The notes beneath the pieces were generated by a model. The model was not told where the DNA came from, searched no databases, and worked only from the letters and a program-made list of their open reading frames with translations. From assembly GCA_030668645.1 (NCBI GenBank), contig DAOVFC010000001.1, positions 1 through 34,109 of the forward strand: a DNA stretch of 34,109 bases. Reading direction: 5' to 3'. Below, in pieces: positions 1 through 9,609 of the stretch (positions are counted from its first letter, which is position 1; each line of letters starts with the position of its first letter). Made by a program: the position numbers and the translations under genes. Origin of the DNA: Candidatus Bathyarchaeota archaeon. GTDB taxonomy: Archaea > Thermoproteota > Bathyarchaeia > Bathyarchaeales > Bathycorpusculaceae.

Positions 1-579
1 TATGGCAGCGCCCTGGCGGTTATGAACGAGGGATTTTGGCGTACGCCTTTAGGCGACTTGGAGATCGACGGTGAGTTAGCCAACCAGATTGTGCGTGAGT
101 CACGCATAGTGGATGTTGACGATTCTGCGCATAGGTTTGAACACTCAATTGAAGTTCAACTTCCGTTTCTCCAGTACCTTTACGGTTCAGAGTTCAGAAT
201 AGTGCCCATCTGCTTTTTGATGCAGGATCTAACCTCAGCAAGAGAGGTCGGCCAAGCAGTAGCCAAGGTTTTAGCTGGGAAAAACGGAGTTATCATAGCC
301 TCTTCGGATATGACGCATTATGAGCCTCAAGAAAGTGCAGAGAGAAAGGATAAGATGGTCCTTGAAGCTGTGGAGGCTATGAATGAACCGAAACTTTATT
401 CGGTTATTGAGGCTCACCGCGTTAGTGCTTGTGGTTATGGTCCAATAGCCGCTTTGATTACCGCCGCTAAGATTTTGGGAGTAAAAGAGGCAAAACTATT
501 ATGTCACAAAACCAGTGGAGATGTAACTGGGGACTACTCAAGTGTGGTTGGGTACGCCGCCGTATGCTTTACAAAATAG
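1..579 (+). CDS. MEMO1-family protein (AmmeMemoRadiSam system protein B-like), 5-prime end cut by the window edge
   Basis: The frame is open from nt 1 (YGSALAV precedes the listed ATG at 22). MEMO-like blocks RFEHSIEVQLPFLQY and ASSDMTHYEP are present. The gene ends 9 nt before mvk. Confidence 0.75.
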   Translation, partial: YGSALAVMNEGFWRTPLGDLEIDGELANQIVRESRIVDVDDSAHRFEHSIEVQLPFLQYLYGSEFRIVPICFLMQDLTSAREVGQAVAKVLAGKNGVIIASSDMTHYEPQESAERKDKMVLEAVEAMNEPKLYSVIEAHRVSACGYGPIAALITAAKILGVKEAKLLCHKTSGDVTGDYSSVVGYAAVCFTK

Positions 580-588
580 TGGTGTAAA

Positions 589-1572
589 ATGGGGGTTGTT
601 GCCTCAGCTCCCGCTAAGATAATACTTTTCGGAGAACACTTCGTAGTCTACGGCGAACCAGCCATAGTCCTAGCTATAGACAAAAGAACATACGCGAAAG
701 CGGAAAAACGCCACGATGAAAGCCTACACCTACGGTCAAAAAACCTTAACCTCGCCGGATGCTTCGAAAAAGAAAACTTCAAAGTTGAACAAGGCGACGC
801 AAGAGAAGCAAGATTGAAACTTGAACCTATAAAGCTGGCTGTGGAGAAGGTCTTAGAAATTCACGGAGAGAGTGTAGGCTTGAACGTTGAAGTCAGCTCA
901 ACAGTTCCTGTCGCCGCAGGTTTGGGGTCATCCGCAGCCGTGGCAGCCGCCGTGACAGCCGCTGTTGGTGCACTTTTAAGCGAAAAACTGTCAAAAGAAG
1001 ACGTGTTCCGCATCTCCTATGAAGCGGAAAAAGTTGTTCATGGAACCCCATCCGGGATAGACCCCGCAATTTCAACCTTCGGCGGCACACTTCTGTTTCA
1101 AACGGACACCGGGTTTAAGCCCTTAAACGTGAAAAACGATGTTCCGCTTGTTATCGGAGACACGTGCATCGAAAGGTCTACGCGTGTATTGGTTGCAAAG
1201 GTGCGGAACATGAGGGAGAGGTATCCGCATGTTGTGAAATTCATGATGAGAGCTGAACGTGAAATCGTTTTGAGAGCAATAGACGCGCTTAAAGGAAGCG
1301 ATTTGCAGACTCTTGGAGATTTAATGAATCTAAACCAAGCGTTGCTCTACGGATTAGGAGTCTCACACGAATCTTTAGAGCGGCTTATAAACGCTGCACG
1401 TAAGGCTGGTGCCTTAGGCGCAAAACTAACCGGTGCGGGCGGTGGCGGATGCATGATAGCCTTGGCAGAAAACGAAAAAGTTGAGCAAGTTTCGGAAGCC
1501 ATTCAAAGGGCGGGTGGAAGAACCTTCACAGCTAAGAAAACGGATGAGGGTGTCAGGATTGAGCAAGCCTAG
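589..1572 (+). CDS. mvk: Mevalonate kinase (GHMP kinase)
   Basis: N-terminal APAKIILFGEHFVVYG, GHMP motif PVAAGLGSSAAVAAAV and C-terminal KLTGAGGGGCMIAL. Confidence 0.9.
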   Translation: MGVVASAPAKIILFGEHFVVYGEPAIVLAIDKRTYAKAEKRHDESLHLRSKNLNLAGCFEKENFKVEQGDAREARLKLEPIKLAVEKVLEIHGESVGLNVEVSSTVPVAAGLGSSAAVAAAVTAAVGALLSEKLSKEDVFRISYEAEKVVHGTPSGIDPAISTFGGTLLFQTDTGFKPLNVKNDVPLVIGDTCIERSTRVLVAKVRNMRERYPHVVKFMMRAEREIVLRAIDALKGSDLQTLGDLMNLNQALLYGLGVSHESLERLINAARKAGALGAKLTGAGGGGCMIALAENEKVEQVSEAIQRAGGRTFTAKKTDEGVRIEQA

Positions 1573-2359
1573 AACCACTGTTCTGAAGATCGGCGGCTCG
1601 GTCATAACCGACAAGCATGGAGAGCTTAAAGCTCAAATGCAAGTTATAAACCGTTTAGCGGATGAGATTCGAAAAGTCGACATCCAAAATCTTATAATAG
1701 TCCACGGCGGCGGAAGCTTCGGACATCCACCAGCGGAAAAATACAGAATTAAAGAAGGGTTCAAAAAGGATTCTCAAAGAGTCGGCTTTTCCGAAACACA
1801 TCATGTTATGACGGTGCTCAACGGTTTATTCATGGATGCGTTGATATGGCGTAGTATTCCAGCGGTGAGCGTCACGTCTTCATCATGTATAATGACAAAA
1901 AACGGTCGAATCCAACGTTTTGAGGATGCACCTTTGAAGGCGCTGTTAGAAATGGGGTTCATACCTGTCCTCTACGGAGACGCTGTGCTGGACACGGAAC
2001 TGGGCTTCACAATATTATCAGGTGATCAGATAGTTTCCACGCTTGCAACGAGATTCAACGCAGAACGCATCATAATAGGCGTTGACGTTGACGGACTGTA
2101 CGACGCTGACCCAAAGGTTAAGAAATCCGCGAGAATATTCGAGCATCTAACGTTAAAAGAGCTTAAAAGCCTTCATAGCAAACTTCACAAGCCAACATCA
2201 CACGATGTCACAGGCGGCATGTTCGGCAAGATAGACGAGCTTATACCAGCAATCAAGCAGGGAATCCCCACAATCATCGTGAACGCCACAAAACCAAACT
2301 ATATTTACAAGGCGCTTAAAGGAGAAAAAGTGAGAGGTACATTAATCGAGAGGGAGTGA
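1544..2359 (+). CDS. ipk: Isopentenyl phosphate kinase (amino acid kinase fold)
   Basis: VLKIGGSVITDK and VHGGGSFGHP motifs. The listed ORF start at 1481 gives a 92-nt overlap with mvk. The in-frame ATG at 1544 (or TTG at 1559) is more plausible. Confidence 0.85.
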   Translation: MRVSGLSKPRTTVLKIGGSVITDKHGELKAQMQVINRLADEIRKVDIQNLIIVHGGGSFGHPPAEKYRIKEGFKKDSQRVGFSETHHVMTVLNGLFMDALIWRSIPAVSVTSSSCIMTKNGRIQRFEDAPLKALLEMGFIPVLYGDAVLDTELGFTILSGDQIVSTLATRFNAERIIIGVDVDGLYDADPKVKKSARIFEHLTLKELKSLHSKLHKPTSHDVTGGMFGKIDELIPAIKQGIPTIIVNATKPNYIYKALKGEKVRGTLIERE

Positions 2360-2362
2360 GAG

Positions 2363-3466
2363 TTGGCTAAAGAAATAAGAAAACGCAAAGCGGACCACAT
2401 CAGAATTTCTCTAAACCAGAACGTTCAGGCTAGAAAAACCACGACAGGCTTTGAAGACATACATTTCGTTCACAAGGCTTTGCCAGAGATTGACAGGAAA
2501 AAAATAGACCTGTCAACAACCGTGTTTAACCACAAGTTCGAGGCGCCGTTAATCGTGGGTGCGATAACAGGCGGAACAGAAGAGGCAAAAAAAATCAACG
2601 CGGTTATCGCTGAGGCTGTGGAAAAGCTGGGTCTGGGAATGGGTGTTGGAAGCCAAAGGGCGGCGATAGAAAACAAGAAACTCGAAAAAACCTTTGCAAT
2701 AGCTAGGAAAAAGGCTCCAACAGCCTTTCTAATAGCGAACCTAGGCGGACCACAACTCGTGAAGGGGTACGACATAAACGAGGTTAAAAAAGCCATAGAA
2801 ATGATTGAAGCAGACGCTGTCGCAATACACCTGAACCCGCTTCAGGAGGCGATTCAGCCGGAAGGAGAAACAGACTTTAGAGGACTTCTAGAAAAAATAG
2901 GCGGAATCGCCAGAAAGCTGGATACACCTGTGATTGTCAAGGAAACAGGCGCAGGCGTAGCGGCTGAGGAAGCGGAAAAATTTGAAGCCAAGAGTATTAA
3001 AGGCATAGATGTGAGCGGGGCAGGCGGCACAAGCTGGGCAGCGGTTGAGCATTACCGAGCAAAAAGGCATAGAAAAAGTTTCCAACGCAGATTAGGCGAC
3101 GTTTTCTGGGACTGGGGCATACCAACGGCGGCAAGCCTAGTCGAAGTCTCCCAAACCGTGAGCATTCCGGTTATCGCTTCCGGAGGAATACGCACCGGAA
3201 CGGACATGGCTAAAGCCTTAGCCTTGGGTGCAAGCCTAACAAGTCTCTCGGCTCCGATATTGAGAGCGGCGGTCAAAGGCGTAAAAGAAACAAAGAGTGA
3301 ACTTTCGCTTTTAATGGAAGAATTAAGAAACACAATGTTCCTTGTAGGCGCGGATTCCGTGCAAGCATTGCGCAAAAAGCCTGTTGTCATAACCGGGAAA
3401 ACCGCAGAATGGTTGCGGATAAGAGGGTTTAATCCTGAAAAATACGCCCAGAGAAGGGAAGGTTAA
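2363..3466 (+). CDS. fni: Isopentenyl-diphosphate delta-isomerase, type 2 (FMN-dependent)
   Basis: TIM-barrel IDI2 blocks GAITGG, VIVKETGAG and ASGGIRTGTD. TTG start 3 nt after ipk. Confidence 0.9.
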   Translation: MAKEIRKRKADHIRISLNQNVQARKTTTGFEDIHFVHKALPEIDRKKIDLSTTVFNHKFEAPLIVGAITGGTEEAKKINAVIAEAVEKLGLGMGVGSQRAAIENKKLEKTFAIARKKAPTAFLIANLGGPQLVKGYDINEVKKAIEMIEADAVAIHLNPLQEAIQPEGETDFRGLLEKIGGIARKLDTPVIVKETGAGVAAEEAEKFEAKSIKGIDVSGAGGTSWAAVEHYRAKRHRKSFQRRLGDVFWDWGIPTAASLVEVSQTVSIPVIASGGIRTGTDMAKALALGASLTSLSAPILRAAVKGVKETKSELSLLMEELRNTMFLVGADSVQALRKKPVVITGKTAEWLRIRGFNPEKYAQRREG

Positions 3467-3469
3467 AAT

Positions 3470-4540
3470 TTGGATATTGAAAAACTCCTCCAAGAAAAAG
3501 CAGCGTTAATAGACAAAGTTATTGAGAAATATATTCCGAGAGAATTTTCTGAAAACGCAACAGTTTTCGAGTTAAATCCGCCGCGTTACGCCTACAACCT
3601 ATATGCGCTGAACAAAGCAGTCTCCAAGCCTATCTGGGAGTTCCTTGACAGAGGCGGAAAAAGATGGCGACCGGCACTTTTCCTTTTAATCTGCGAAGCG
3701 TTAGGCAAAAACCCAGACGATTTCGCTGACTTTGCCATAATCCCGGAGATAATCCACAACGGAACGCTGATGATAGATGATATAGAGGACGCCTCAGAGT
3801 TTCGAAGGGGGAAACCGTGCACGTACAAGATCTTCGGCTTAGACATAGCCATAAACGCTGGAAACGCCATGTACTATCTGCCGCTTCTGCCACTAATAAA
3901 AAACAGAGAAAGAATTTCCGCAGAAAAGCTCTGCAGGATATACGAAACCTACGTGCAAGAGATGATTAGCCTAAGCTTCGGTCAAGCGATGGACATAACG
4001 TGGCACAAAGGCTTGGCAAACGCAAACGAAATTAACGAAAGAGATTACCTGCAAATGTGTGCTTACAAGACGGGTACTTTAGCGAGGATGGCTGCAAAAA
4101 TCGCCGCTGTCTTGGCTGACGCAACCCCTGAACTTGTTGAAAGGCTTGGACGTTTTGCCGAGAGTGTAGGTGTAGCCTTTCAGGTGCAAGACGATGTCTT
4201 GGATTTAACAAGCGTAGACTTTGCCAAAAAGAAGGGTGGACGCGGACAAGACATAACAGAAGGAAAACGAACCCTCGTTGTCATCCACACCTTAAAAACC
4301 GCAGAGCCTAAAGATAGAGAAAGACTCATCGAGATCCTTAACATGCACACCACCAATCAAAAGCTTAGGGACGAAGCCATAGCGATTATGCAAAAATACG
4401 GTTCAATAGAGTACGTGAAAGGGTTCGCCGGAAGAATGGTTGAGGAAAGCTGGAGGGAAGTTGAAACGCTTTTGCCGATTTCGGAAGCGAAGGAAAGGTT
4501 AAACGCCTTCGCAAGATACCTGATTGAAAGGGAAATCTGA
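3470..4540 (+). CDS. idsA: Geranylgeranyl diphosphate synthase (trans-polyprenyl synthetase)
   Basis: First and second Asp-rich motifs LMIDDIEDASEFRRGK and FQVQDDVLD. Lies 3 nt after fni. Confidence 0.85.
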   Translation: MDIEKLLQEKAALIDKVIEKYIPREFSENATVFELNPPRYAYNLYALNKAVSKPIWEFLDRGGKRWRPALFLLICEALGKNPDDFADFAIIPEIIHNGTLMIDDIEDASEFRRGKPCTYKIFGLDIAINAGNAMYYLPLLPLIKNRERISAEKLCRIYETYVQEMISLSFGQAMDITWHKGLANANEINERDYLQMCAYKTGTLARMAAKIAAVLADATPELVERLGRFAESVGVAFQVQDDVLDLTSVDFAKKKGGRGQDITEGKRTLVVIHTLKTAEPKDRERLIEILNMHTTNQKLRDEAIAIMQKYGSIEYVKGFAGRMVEESWREVETLLPISEAKERLNAFARYLIEREI

Positions 4541-4570
4541 AGTCTCAGCTTACGAAAGAGAGTTAAACCG

Positions 4571-6325
4571 TTGAAAAAAGAAGAGAATACGGAACTCAGA
4601 GAACTGATTCGAAAGTTTGCTTTGCTAAACGCTATTCAACACCACGGCAAAGCACAAGCAGGACCGGTTATCGGAAAACTGCTGGCTGAAAGGCGAGAAT
4701 TAAGAGCGAAAGTCAAGGAAATATCCGATCTTGTTGAAGAAATCGTTCAAGAGGTTAACAGCCTCCCGTTAAGCGAACAGAGATGTATCGTTGAAGAGAA
4801 ATGGCCCGAGACGCTTGTCAAGGAAAGAATTGAGGAGGAAAAGCGTCTTCCGCCCTTACCGAACGTGAATAGATACACTCAAGTGGTTACACGTTTTTCG
4901 CCTAATCCAGACTGTGTCCTGCACCTAGGTTCGGCGAGAGCCATAGTTTTATGCTACGAGTACGCGCGCATGTACAAGGGTAAATTTTTGCTACGGTTTG
5001 AAGACACGGATCCGAAGCTGAAAAGACCGGTTTTGGAGCTTTATGACTGTGTAAGAGAGGATTTGGCTTGGCTTGGGTGCAAGCCCGACGAGGAATACAT
5101 TCAGAGCGATAGAATACTCGTTTATTACGACTACGCTGAAAAATTGCTGAAGGATGGAAACGCTTACGTCTGCACGTGCCAACCGCAGAAGTTCAGAGAA
5201 AGAACGCTAGCCAAAAAACCATGCGAATGTCGTGATTTGCCACCTGAGGAACAGCTTGAGAGATGGACACGCATGCTGCAGGGCGGCTACGGAGAAGGTG
5301 AGGTCGTGGTACGTGTGAAAACAGATTTGAACCATCCGAACCCAGCGGTTCGAGACTGGCCTGCACTGCGAGTCATCGACTCCGAAAAGTATCCTCATCC
5401 ACGCGTCGGAAGCAAATATCATGTCTGGCCACTTTACAATTTCGCCTGTGGAATAGACGACCACTTGATGAGTGTAACACATATAATCCGTGGAAAAGAA
5501 CACCTAACAAACAAGGTTCGTCAAGAATACATGTACAAGTATTTAGGCTGGCGGTATCCGGACTCCATACACTACGGCAGACTCAAAATCAAAGGAGCAT
5601 CCCTAAGCAAGTCAAAAATCGTTCAGGGAATAAGGGAAGGTCTCTTCAAGGGTTGGGATGACCCCCGCTTGGCAACTTTCGCAGCTTTGAGACGGCGTGG
5701 GATAACGCCGGAAGCGATTAAGAGACTGATAATCGACGTCGGACCCAAAACTTCAGATGTTGTTCTAAGCTGGGAGAACCTTTACGCGCACAACCGTAAA
5801 ATCTTGGATCCGAAAGCAAACAGATACTTCTTCGTGTACAACCCGATAGAACTGACGGTTAAAAGCATCCCTGAACCGTTCACGTCAAAGATCAACTTGC
5901 ACCCGGACCATCCTGAAAGAGGAGTCAGAGAATACACGGTAAAGCCTGAAGGAGAAGACAGACATGCACGTTTCTGGGTTTCAAGAGAAGATGTGGACGC
6001 TTCGAGAGTTGGAGATATGATTCGCCTCATGGAGTTGTTCAACATAAGAATCGAGAAAGTGAGTGCGTGTTCGGCTGAAGCGGTTTTCACCAGCGAATCC
6101 TACAGGGAGGCAAGAAAGGTGGGAGCACCGCTTATTCACTGGATACTCATAGGAGCCGATATGCCGTGTCAAGTTGCTATGCCTGATGCAACATTGGCGG
6201 AGGGAATAGCTGAAAAAGTTTGCAAACAATTAAAGTCAGACGATACGATTCAGTTTGAGAGATTCGGCTTCGTCAGAGTCGACAGGGTTAACACGAAATT
6301 AACGGCTTACTACGCCCATAGATGA
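4571..6325 (+). CDS. gltX: Glutamyl-tRNA synthetase, archaeal/eukaryal type
   Basis: Class I HIGH-type motif RFSPNPDCVLHLGSARA and KMSKS-type LSKSK. The N-terminal ALLNAIQHHGKAQAGPVIGKLL domain is typical of archaeal GluRS. Confidence 0.9.
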   Translation: MKKEENTELRELIRKFALLNAIQHHGKAQAGPVIGKLLAERRELRAKVKEISDLVEEIVQEVNSLPLSEQRCIVEEKWPETLVKERIEEEKRLPPLPNVNRYTQVVTRFSPNPDCVLHLGSARAIVLCYEYARMYKGKFLLRFEDTDPKLKRPVLELYDCVREDLAWLGCKPDEEYIQSDRILVYYDYAEKLLKDGNAYVCTCQPQKFRERTLAKKPCECRDLPPEEQLERWTRMLQGGYGEGEVVVRVKTDLNHPNPAVRDWPALRVIDSEKYPHPRVGSKYHVWPLYNFACGIDDHLMSVTHIIRGKEHLTNKVRQEYMYKYLGWRYPDSIHYGRLKIKGASLSKSKIVQGIREGLFKGWDDPRLATFAALRRRGITPEAIKRLIIDVGPKTSDVVLSWENLYAHNRKILDPKANRYFFVYNPIELTVKSIPEPFTSKINLHPDHPERGVREYTVKPEGEDRHARFWVSREDVDASRVGDMIRLMELFNIRIEKVSACSAEAVFTSESYREARKVGAPLIHWILIGADMPCQVAMPDATLAEGIAEKVCKQLKSDDTIQFERFGFVRVDRVNTKLTAYYAHR

Positions 6326-6361
6326 TGGAAGGAGCGAACAGAATTGCGCAAACAAGACAAG

Positions 6362-6643
6362 ATGGTTATATGGCCTGTTTACTTCGATTCGACGAAAACG
6401 AGAAATGAAGGAAGGCGAATCCCGAAAAGTTTGGCGGTGGCGTCTCCCAAAATTTTGGAGATAAAACAAGCGGTGGCAAAACTCGGTTTAGATCATGAAC
6501 TTGTATTGGATGCTGACTATCCGAAGACTCCTCGGCTGAAAACAGGTATGCTGTTGGTGGCAAAAAAGGAACCGAAAAACCAGATAATCAAAAAGATTGC
6601 TAAGCAGCTACCGAAAATCCGCAGTGCAGCCACAACAAAATAG
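6362..6643 (+). CDS. srp19: Signal recognition particle protein SRP19
   Basis: MVIWPVYFDSTKTRNEGRRIPK is the SRP19 signature N-terminus. ATG 6362 is preferred over TTG 6344. Confidence 0.8.
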   Translation: MVIWPVYFDSTKTRNEGRRIPKSLAVASPKILEIKQAVAKLGLDHELVLDADYPKTPRLKTGMLLVAKKEPKNQIIKKIAKQLPKIRSAATTK

Positions 6644-7050
6644 GGTTTAACTTATCTTATGTAGCGCGCGCTGTTACTTGCACATCCAGATGCTCTCCAT
6701 CAAACGATATTATTTAAAGGTGGAACAGTCACCACGCAGTATTATTGAGTCGACCCTTTAGAAGCCATTGGGAATGTGCTCTAATTCGAACTTTACGATT
6801 TTATTTATCATTTCTTTGTTCATGTTGATTTCTTCTCATTTGGAATGTGAATCCAGCAATCTTCGCTCCTTTGCCCACGTAAACATAGTGTCCGAGTACA
6901 CGATTACTGCCTGTTTCAACGTTTTTCCCCGCGGACGAAGCGTCAGACCTTTGTGTCTTCTCTTATCTTAGCGGTTTTATCAACAATCGCAGTGGACGTA
7001 AACACCCTTCACAAGAGAAAAACCGTTGAGACGTTAATCCTCTTTTTGAA

Positions 7051-7980
7051 CTAGACATCCTTGGTGACTTTTTTACTGTATTCGTCCCAGCTCTTGATTA
7101 TTTCATTTAGAAGTTCGGGCTGTAGGTTGTAGAAGGCTTCGACATCCTTCTCTTTAAAGAAAACCCTCACAGCGAAAGTTCTCTGAAGCCTGTCTAGTCC
7201 AACACTCCCCATGTAACCCATGTAGTCTGTAGCGACGGTCACCTCAGGTTTCTTTACAAACACTTCCTTGTGCCTATTGTAGAAGGAGTCGATGACCGGA
7301 GCGATGCAGTTTTCGATCAACCCTGCATTTGTAATGTCCCCGGGGAGGGTGGGTGGGAAACCCACTCTGAACGTATAGTCAACTATATCCTTTTTGGAGT
7401 AGTTCAAGATTCGGCTGTCTAAGATTTGTTTGTTAGGGATATCCATGAGGTTGTGGGTAGGCGTGTAGATCTTTGTGTAGTTAACCGTTATCTCCCTGAC
7501 TTGACCTTCCACGTTTCCTATCTTCACGTAGTCTGATACTGTGAAGGGTCTGGATATCATGATGTATAATCCTGCTAGGAAGTTTCCAACGGTCTGTGTG
7601 GCGGCGAAACCTATGGCAGCACCGCTTAGGGCAGAGAGGCTCAGAATAACGCTTGTGTCTATGTTGAATATTGGGAGGATTATGGTTATAGCGGTGGCAA
7701 AGATGACGATTCGCGCGATCACCTTGAACACGTTTTCTATGTGCTCCACCAAACCAATCCTTTTAGAATACCGCTTGATCGCTCCTCCAACCACTCGATC
7801 GGCGACGATCGCCCCGACTAAAACGATGACCGCCTTCAAAGCCAGAACCATGTTGTCTAAGGTAACAAAATCTAAGCTTCCTAGCTCTTGGAGAACGTCC
7901 CATTGCGCTGCGAAATAGCTGATTGCACCCATAGCTACGATGATCAAGATTATAGCCGTAGCATAAGCAATCCTATTCAT
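7051..7980 (-). CDS. Small-conductance mechanosensitive channel (MscS family)
   Basis: Three N-terminal TM helices, then the MscS pore/beta-domain block GNFLAGLYIMISRPFTVSDYVKIGNVEGQVREI. Confidence 0.75.
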   Translation of the reverse strand: MNRIAYATAIILIIVAMGAISYFAAQWDVLQELGSLDFVTLDNMVLALKAVIVLVGAIVADRVVGGAIKRYSKRIGLVEHIENVFKVIARIVIFATAITIILPIFNIDTSVILSLSALSGAAIGFAATQTVGNFLAGLYIMISRPFTVSDYVKIGNVEGQVREITVNYTKIYTPTHNLMDIPNKQILDSRILNYSKKDIVDYTFRVGFPPTLPGDITNAGLIENCIAPVIDSFYNRHKEVFVKKPEVTVATDYMGYMGSVGLDRLQRTFAVRVFFKEKDVEAFYNLQPELLNEIIKSWDEYSKKVTKDV

Positions 7981-8430
7981 CCATGTACACCACTGATCAA
8001 TCGCTTAGGTGCCTTCGGATTTTATTCTCGGTCGGAACATGTCTCATGCATCCTTTCTTCCACTTCTTCCTCCAACTCACTCACTGCCATGATTATGGAT
8101 TTTTTCATAGATTGCCTTCAACAAATGTTTCTCGCGCGCGCTTAAATTCTTTCCTTCTTTCGTTTCAAGTAAGATCTTTAAGGATTTATATAAAAGACTT
8201 GCTATTTTTCATCTAAATCGAAAATCCTTTATATAGTGGCATATATACCTAACTAATATGGTTCAACGGTTTCTTTGACCGTTAGACGACTTTAACGCTG
8301 CTTCATTCAGGTATATGAGGAAATCGAATTTGTTCTTGGAACAACATGTTTTCCTCGCATCTCGAAGCGCGACGTAACATCTCCCCTCTTTGAAGCTGCG
8401 CAAAACCACAACATAGGGTGATTATACAAG

Positions 8431-9606
8431 ATGCAGAGTATAGAAAATCATAGTTCAACCTCCTTAAGGAGCCTAGAAACTACTCAACGGGTTCTAAAAA
8501 TATTGTTCTTAGAGCCTCAGCCGTGTATACGAGCTTTAAAATATGCTATTGGATTGAGACACTGTCTGGGAAACAACGTATCCCTCTGTTTTGGGCATTC
8601 CGGACACTCACTAAGCAGGTTATACGGGTTTGGGGAAGAGTATTTCGATCAAATAATTCAGCTTGATCCGGAAAAAATCAGTGACGATATGCGTAGAATC
8701 ATTAACAAGTATAAGCCTCACATCATTCACAGTCATAACGCGCCAAACATCTTGACATTGACAGCCATTGATGTTGCTGAGGACATACCTGTAATCCATG
8801 ATGTGCATGAAGTTCTATCCGTCCATAATTCGGGTTTCTTTAGGGATGACGATGAAGAAAAATTAGCGAGGTACCGTGAGGAGGAAAGAAGAGCTTGCGA
8901 AGAGAGCGGCGGGCGGATTTATGCTACAGATGGAATTAAAAGATACGTTCAACAACGATACAATGTTGATGCTCAAAACGATATTGTATTTTACAACTAT
9001 GCCTCTAAATCAGTAATGCCTCAACATTTTAAGAAGAAAATATCCAATAAAGATAAAGAAACACATATAGTATATATCGGATGCGTTACCAGCGTTGTAA
9101 AGGGAAGTCATTATGACCTAAGAGAAATCTTCAGAAGAATAGCTGATCATAAAATTCACGTTCACATTTACCCCACAAGCGACCACATAACAAAAAGCAA
9201 TAGAACATATAAAAAATTAGCTGAACGCAACAGATTCATACATTGCCATGATACTTTAGGCTGCAAGAACTTGCTTTATGAGATAACACAGTATGATTTT
9301 GGTTGGGTAGGATTTAACGGTGCCAAAAATGGGAACCATTTAGACATCGCCCTTCCGAACAAGGTTCTCGAATATGTTAGCAGCGGTCTGCCAGTTATAG
9401 CGTTCCCGCATAAAACAATTCAGCGTTTCATAGAGAAATACGGCATAGGCTTGATCATTAAAGACGTTGACGAATTACCTGAAACTTTAAGAAATGTAAA
9501 CGTCTCTGAGTTAGAAGGACATGTTATGAGATGTAGACATAAATTGACTGTAGAAAGTAAGATTTCCAAACTTGTTGATTTCTACAACAAGATGATGGAG
9601 AATTAA
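8431..9606 (+). CDS. Glycosyltransferase, GT-B fold (group 1/GT4-like)
   Basis: C-terminal nucleotide-sugar block ALPNKVLEYVSSGLPVIAF (E-x7-E region). AT-rich relative to the flanks. Confidence 0.65.
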   Translation: MQSIENHSSTSLRSLETTQRVLKILFLEPQPCIRALKYAIGLRHCLGNNVSLCFGHSGHSLSRLYGFGEEYFDQIIQLDPEKISDDMRRIINKYKPHIIHSHNAPNILTLTAIDVAEDIPVIHDVHEVLSVHNSGFFRDDDEEKLARYREEERRACEESGGRIYATDGIKRYVQQRYNVDAQNDIVFYNYASKSVMPQHFKKKISNKDKETHIVYIGCVTSVVKGSHYDLREIFRRIADHKIHVHIYPTSDHITKSNRTYKKLAERNRFIHCHDTLGCKNLLYEITQYDFGWVGFNGAKNGNHLDIALPNKVLEYVSSGLPVIAFPHKTIQRFIEKYGIGLIIKDVDELPETLRNVNVSELEGHVMRCRHKLTVESKISKLVDFYNKMMEN

Positions 9607-9609
9607 CGG

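Noticed and set aside
1481-1543. The upstream ATG giving IPK a 92-nt overlap with mvk
   Set aside because: Characterised IPKs begin only a few residues before the LKIGGS motif. In-frame ATG 1544 or TTG 1559 fits better.
4571-4870. The roughly 100-aa N-terminal extension of GluRS as a possible novel fusion
   Set aside because: The ALLNAIQHHGKAQAGPVIGKLL-type helical domain is, from memory, the normal N-terminus of archaeal GluRS (GatB/YqeY-like), so it is not unusual.
6644-7050. The plus ORF 6768-6971 and short minus-strand frames (for example GKNVETGSNRVLGHYVYVGKGAKIAGFTFQ) downstream of mscS
   Set aside because: The plus ORF is a Ser/Leu/Phe-rich low-complexity string. The minus-strand frame has no start codon and is under 50 codons. 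At best it is an unidentifiable gene remnant.
7983-8216. Plus ORFs 7888-8145 and 7983-8216, and a minus-strand HTH-like fragment (LSAREKHLLKAIYEKIHNHGSE, ending at 8077)
   Set aside because: The plus ORFs overlap each other and look non-coding. The minus-strand fragment has no start codon and breaks frame after about 45 codons, so it is not supportable as a gene.
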